A stretch of DNA of 64,000 nt, taken from NCBI GenBank assembly GCA_033442325.1, contig JAWQFM010000018.1, positions 1,175,224-1,239,223 of the forward strand, written 5' to 3'. The stretch comes from Salpingoeca rosetta. Lineage: Eukaryota; Protista; Choanoflagellata. The notes beneath the pieces are model-generated. The model saw nothing but the letters and a program-made list of their open reading frames with translations, ran no database searches and was not told the DNA's origin. How positions within the stretch are numbered: position 1 is the stretch's first letter; every line of letters begins with the position of its first letter. Positions 61,884 to 64,000 of this stretch are shown piece by piece. The position numbers were made by a program, and so were the translations under genes.

Positions 61884-63609
61884 GTGTGGGGGGGTGTTGT
61901 TTGCATGCTTCTGGTCGCGTGTTTCGTCATGTCCTCGCACGAATGTCTCAATCCCGACACCATCCACCCAACTCATCATCATCACCACCACCAGGGGAGA
62001 TGTCTGCCTCGGTCACGTCGTCCTCGGCCGAGCGAAAGACGAAGACAATCATCAATATGAAGCGTGGTAACTTCATGCTCAAGGTCAGCACACAATGTCC
62101 AGCTGCTCACATGTCATGATGTCTTTTGGGGGGGGCTGCTGTGCATCTACATGCTTGCATCTACATGCGTGCATGTACACATTTGCGTATGAATGTGTGT
62201 GTGTGCACACACAAGGAGATCATGAGCCATTGCTTGTCAGTTTGTGCCCACGACGTCAGCCCACTTCACCCCGTCACACCCCCGCCTCGGTTGCGAGACC
62301 AGGTGAACATGCTTGCCGAGGACGTACCGCTGGTTGTGGTGCTCAAGGCGATGGGGATGACGTCCGATCAGGAGATTCTCCAGTTCATCGGCGCAGACGA
62401 GCAATCGGTGCGCACGCGTGGCAGCGATGATGACGGCGATGGTGGTGGTGGTGTACACGTGGTGGTGGTGGTGGTGGTGGTGGTGTACACGTGGTCATGT
62501 ACACGTGGTGGTGGTGGTGGTGTTGATTGTGATAGTTGTGCGATGGTAACCGTGTGTGTGTTGTTGGTAAAGGCGTGCATGTGTTGTTTGCACACGCGCC
62601 AGTTGTGCTGTGCAGCAGTGTCGGTATTTACTGACGCCTGGTGCTCACGTTCTGCGAATGGCAGATGGAGCTGTTTGGACCGTCCCTCCAGCAGTGCGCA
62701 GAGCTCGAGGTCTTCACCCAGGACCAGGTGAACAGCACACACACATGCACACACGCACACATGTACACATACATGCATGCACCTGCACATGTACACACAT
62801 GAACGCATACACAAACGAGCACATGCACAGGCACACGATGCACATGAACACACGTTCACACGCTCGTTTCGGTTGAATCGCCCCAATAACACCACGTTCC
62901 ACACCCCTCTTTCGTTGCATCGTGCGTATTTTGCCTGCAGGCACTGCGCTATCTTGGGACAAAAGTTCGCATTCCACGGCGCGAGTACGGGCCGTCACGC
63001 CGCACGAAGGAGGACGAAGCACGCTCCATTCTCGCATCTGTTGTCCTCTCCCACATTGAGGTGCTTGCAAGCAACGTGGTGGGGCAGGAGCGCAGGGGGG
63101 GGGGAGTAGCGAGTAATGTGTGTGCACATGTTTGTAATCACGCCAGTGAAGATGTGTGCGTGTGTGCGTGTGTGCTCGTGTACAAGCTGCCCAGCGCTGT
63201 GCATGCTTGTTTGTGTTTGCGTTTGTGTTTGTGTCAAGAACGCCTTTCATCTCACCCCTGTCCTCATGCGTGCACCATCAACACCATCAACACCATCAAC
63301 ACCACCGACAGGTCCGCAACTTTGACATGCGGCCCAAGTGCATCTACCTGTGCGTGATGGCACGTCGCATGATCGCTGCAATCCGCAACAAGGTGACAAC
63401 GGCAGTTGTGATGACATGTTGGTGTTTGGAGTACACATACACACGTGTACGCAGAGATGTCGTATACATGCACACGAGTGCACGGCATGTGCTCACAGTC
63501 ACGCACGTTAATCCTGCCATCATTGTGTGTGTATCTGTGTGTGTGTGTGTATCTGTGTGTGTGTGTGTGTATCTGTGTGTGTGTGTGGTGTTGTGTGTGT
63601 GTGTGGTGT

Positions 63610-63642
<33 letters not shown>

Positions 63643-64000
63643 AGAGCGGAGGTGACGACCGCGACTACTACGGCAACAAGCGGCTGGAGCTCGCCGGATC
63701 CCTCATGGCCCTCCTCTTCGAAGACTCCTTCAAGACACTCAACGGACGGGTGCGTGCTTGTGATGTGTTTGTGCGTGCACGTGTGCGTGCGTACGTGTGC
63801 TTGTGTGCTTGTGTGCTTGTGCATGTGTGTGTGTGCGCTTGATTTCGTGTCTGTTTACTCCATTGTACGTCGCTCCACCCCGTCATGCCTCCCCCCCCGT
63901 AATCACCACAACTACAACCCCACCCTCCCCCTCTCTTCAGATCAAGCGAGAGCTTGACCACACGTTTGTGCGCGTGACGGCGCGAGCGTTTGATCCGGCG
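59746..64000 (+). CDS. POLR3B: RNA polymerase III second-largest subunit (RPC2), 5' partial, many small exons
   Basis: [77 protein letters not shown] and [15 protein letters not shown]. Runs off the window end. Confidence 0.95.

Noticed and set aside
59746-64000. Functional link between POLR3B and the two tRNA genes
   Set aside because: They are more than 20 kb apart with unrelated genes in between; there is no evidence beyond coincidence.

Overview
Eukaryotic, intron-rich, GC-rich DNA whose introns are packed with (CA)n/(GT)n microsatellites. The style and gene content suggest a choanoflagellate such as Salpingoeca rosetta (inference, not verified). From left to right: the 3' part of a disabled Ty1/copia LTR retrotransposon with an unrelated solo LTR nested in pol (5-bp TSD) and two tandem LTR copies; a TPR protein; an adhesion GPCR with intact GPS; an ankyrin-repeat gene; long-chain acyl-CoA synthetase; adenosine kinase; tRNA-Val(CAC); secreted sulfatase 1; an LRR-TM-kinase receptor; a second identical tRNA-Val(CAC) in inverted orientation; a large IP3/ryanodine-receptor-like channel; an intron-poor GT8 glycosyltransferase / sulfatase 2 / Golgi-type sulfotransferase trio; mitochondrial PheRS; SLC35B1; and the 5' part of POLR3B. 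There are four N gaps. The best candidates for novelty are (1) the compact glycan build / sulfate / desulfate gene trio and (2) the IP3R-like channel, which lacks both the GGGxGD selectivity filter and the visible IP3-binding basic residues. All gene models were read by eye, so exon boundaries are approximate unless stated.
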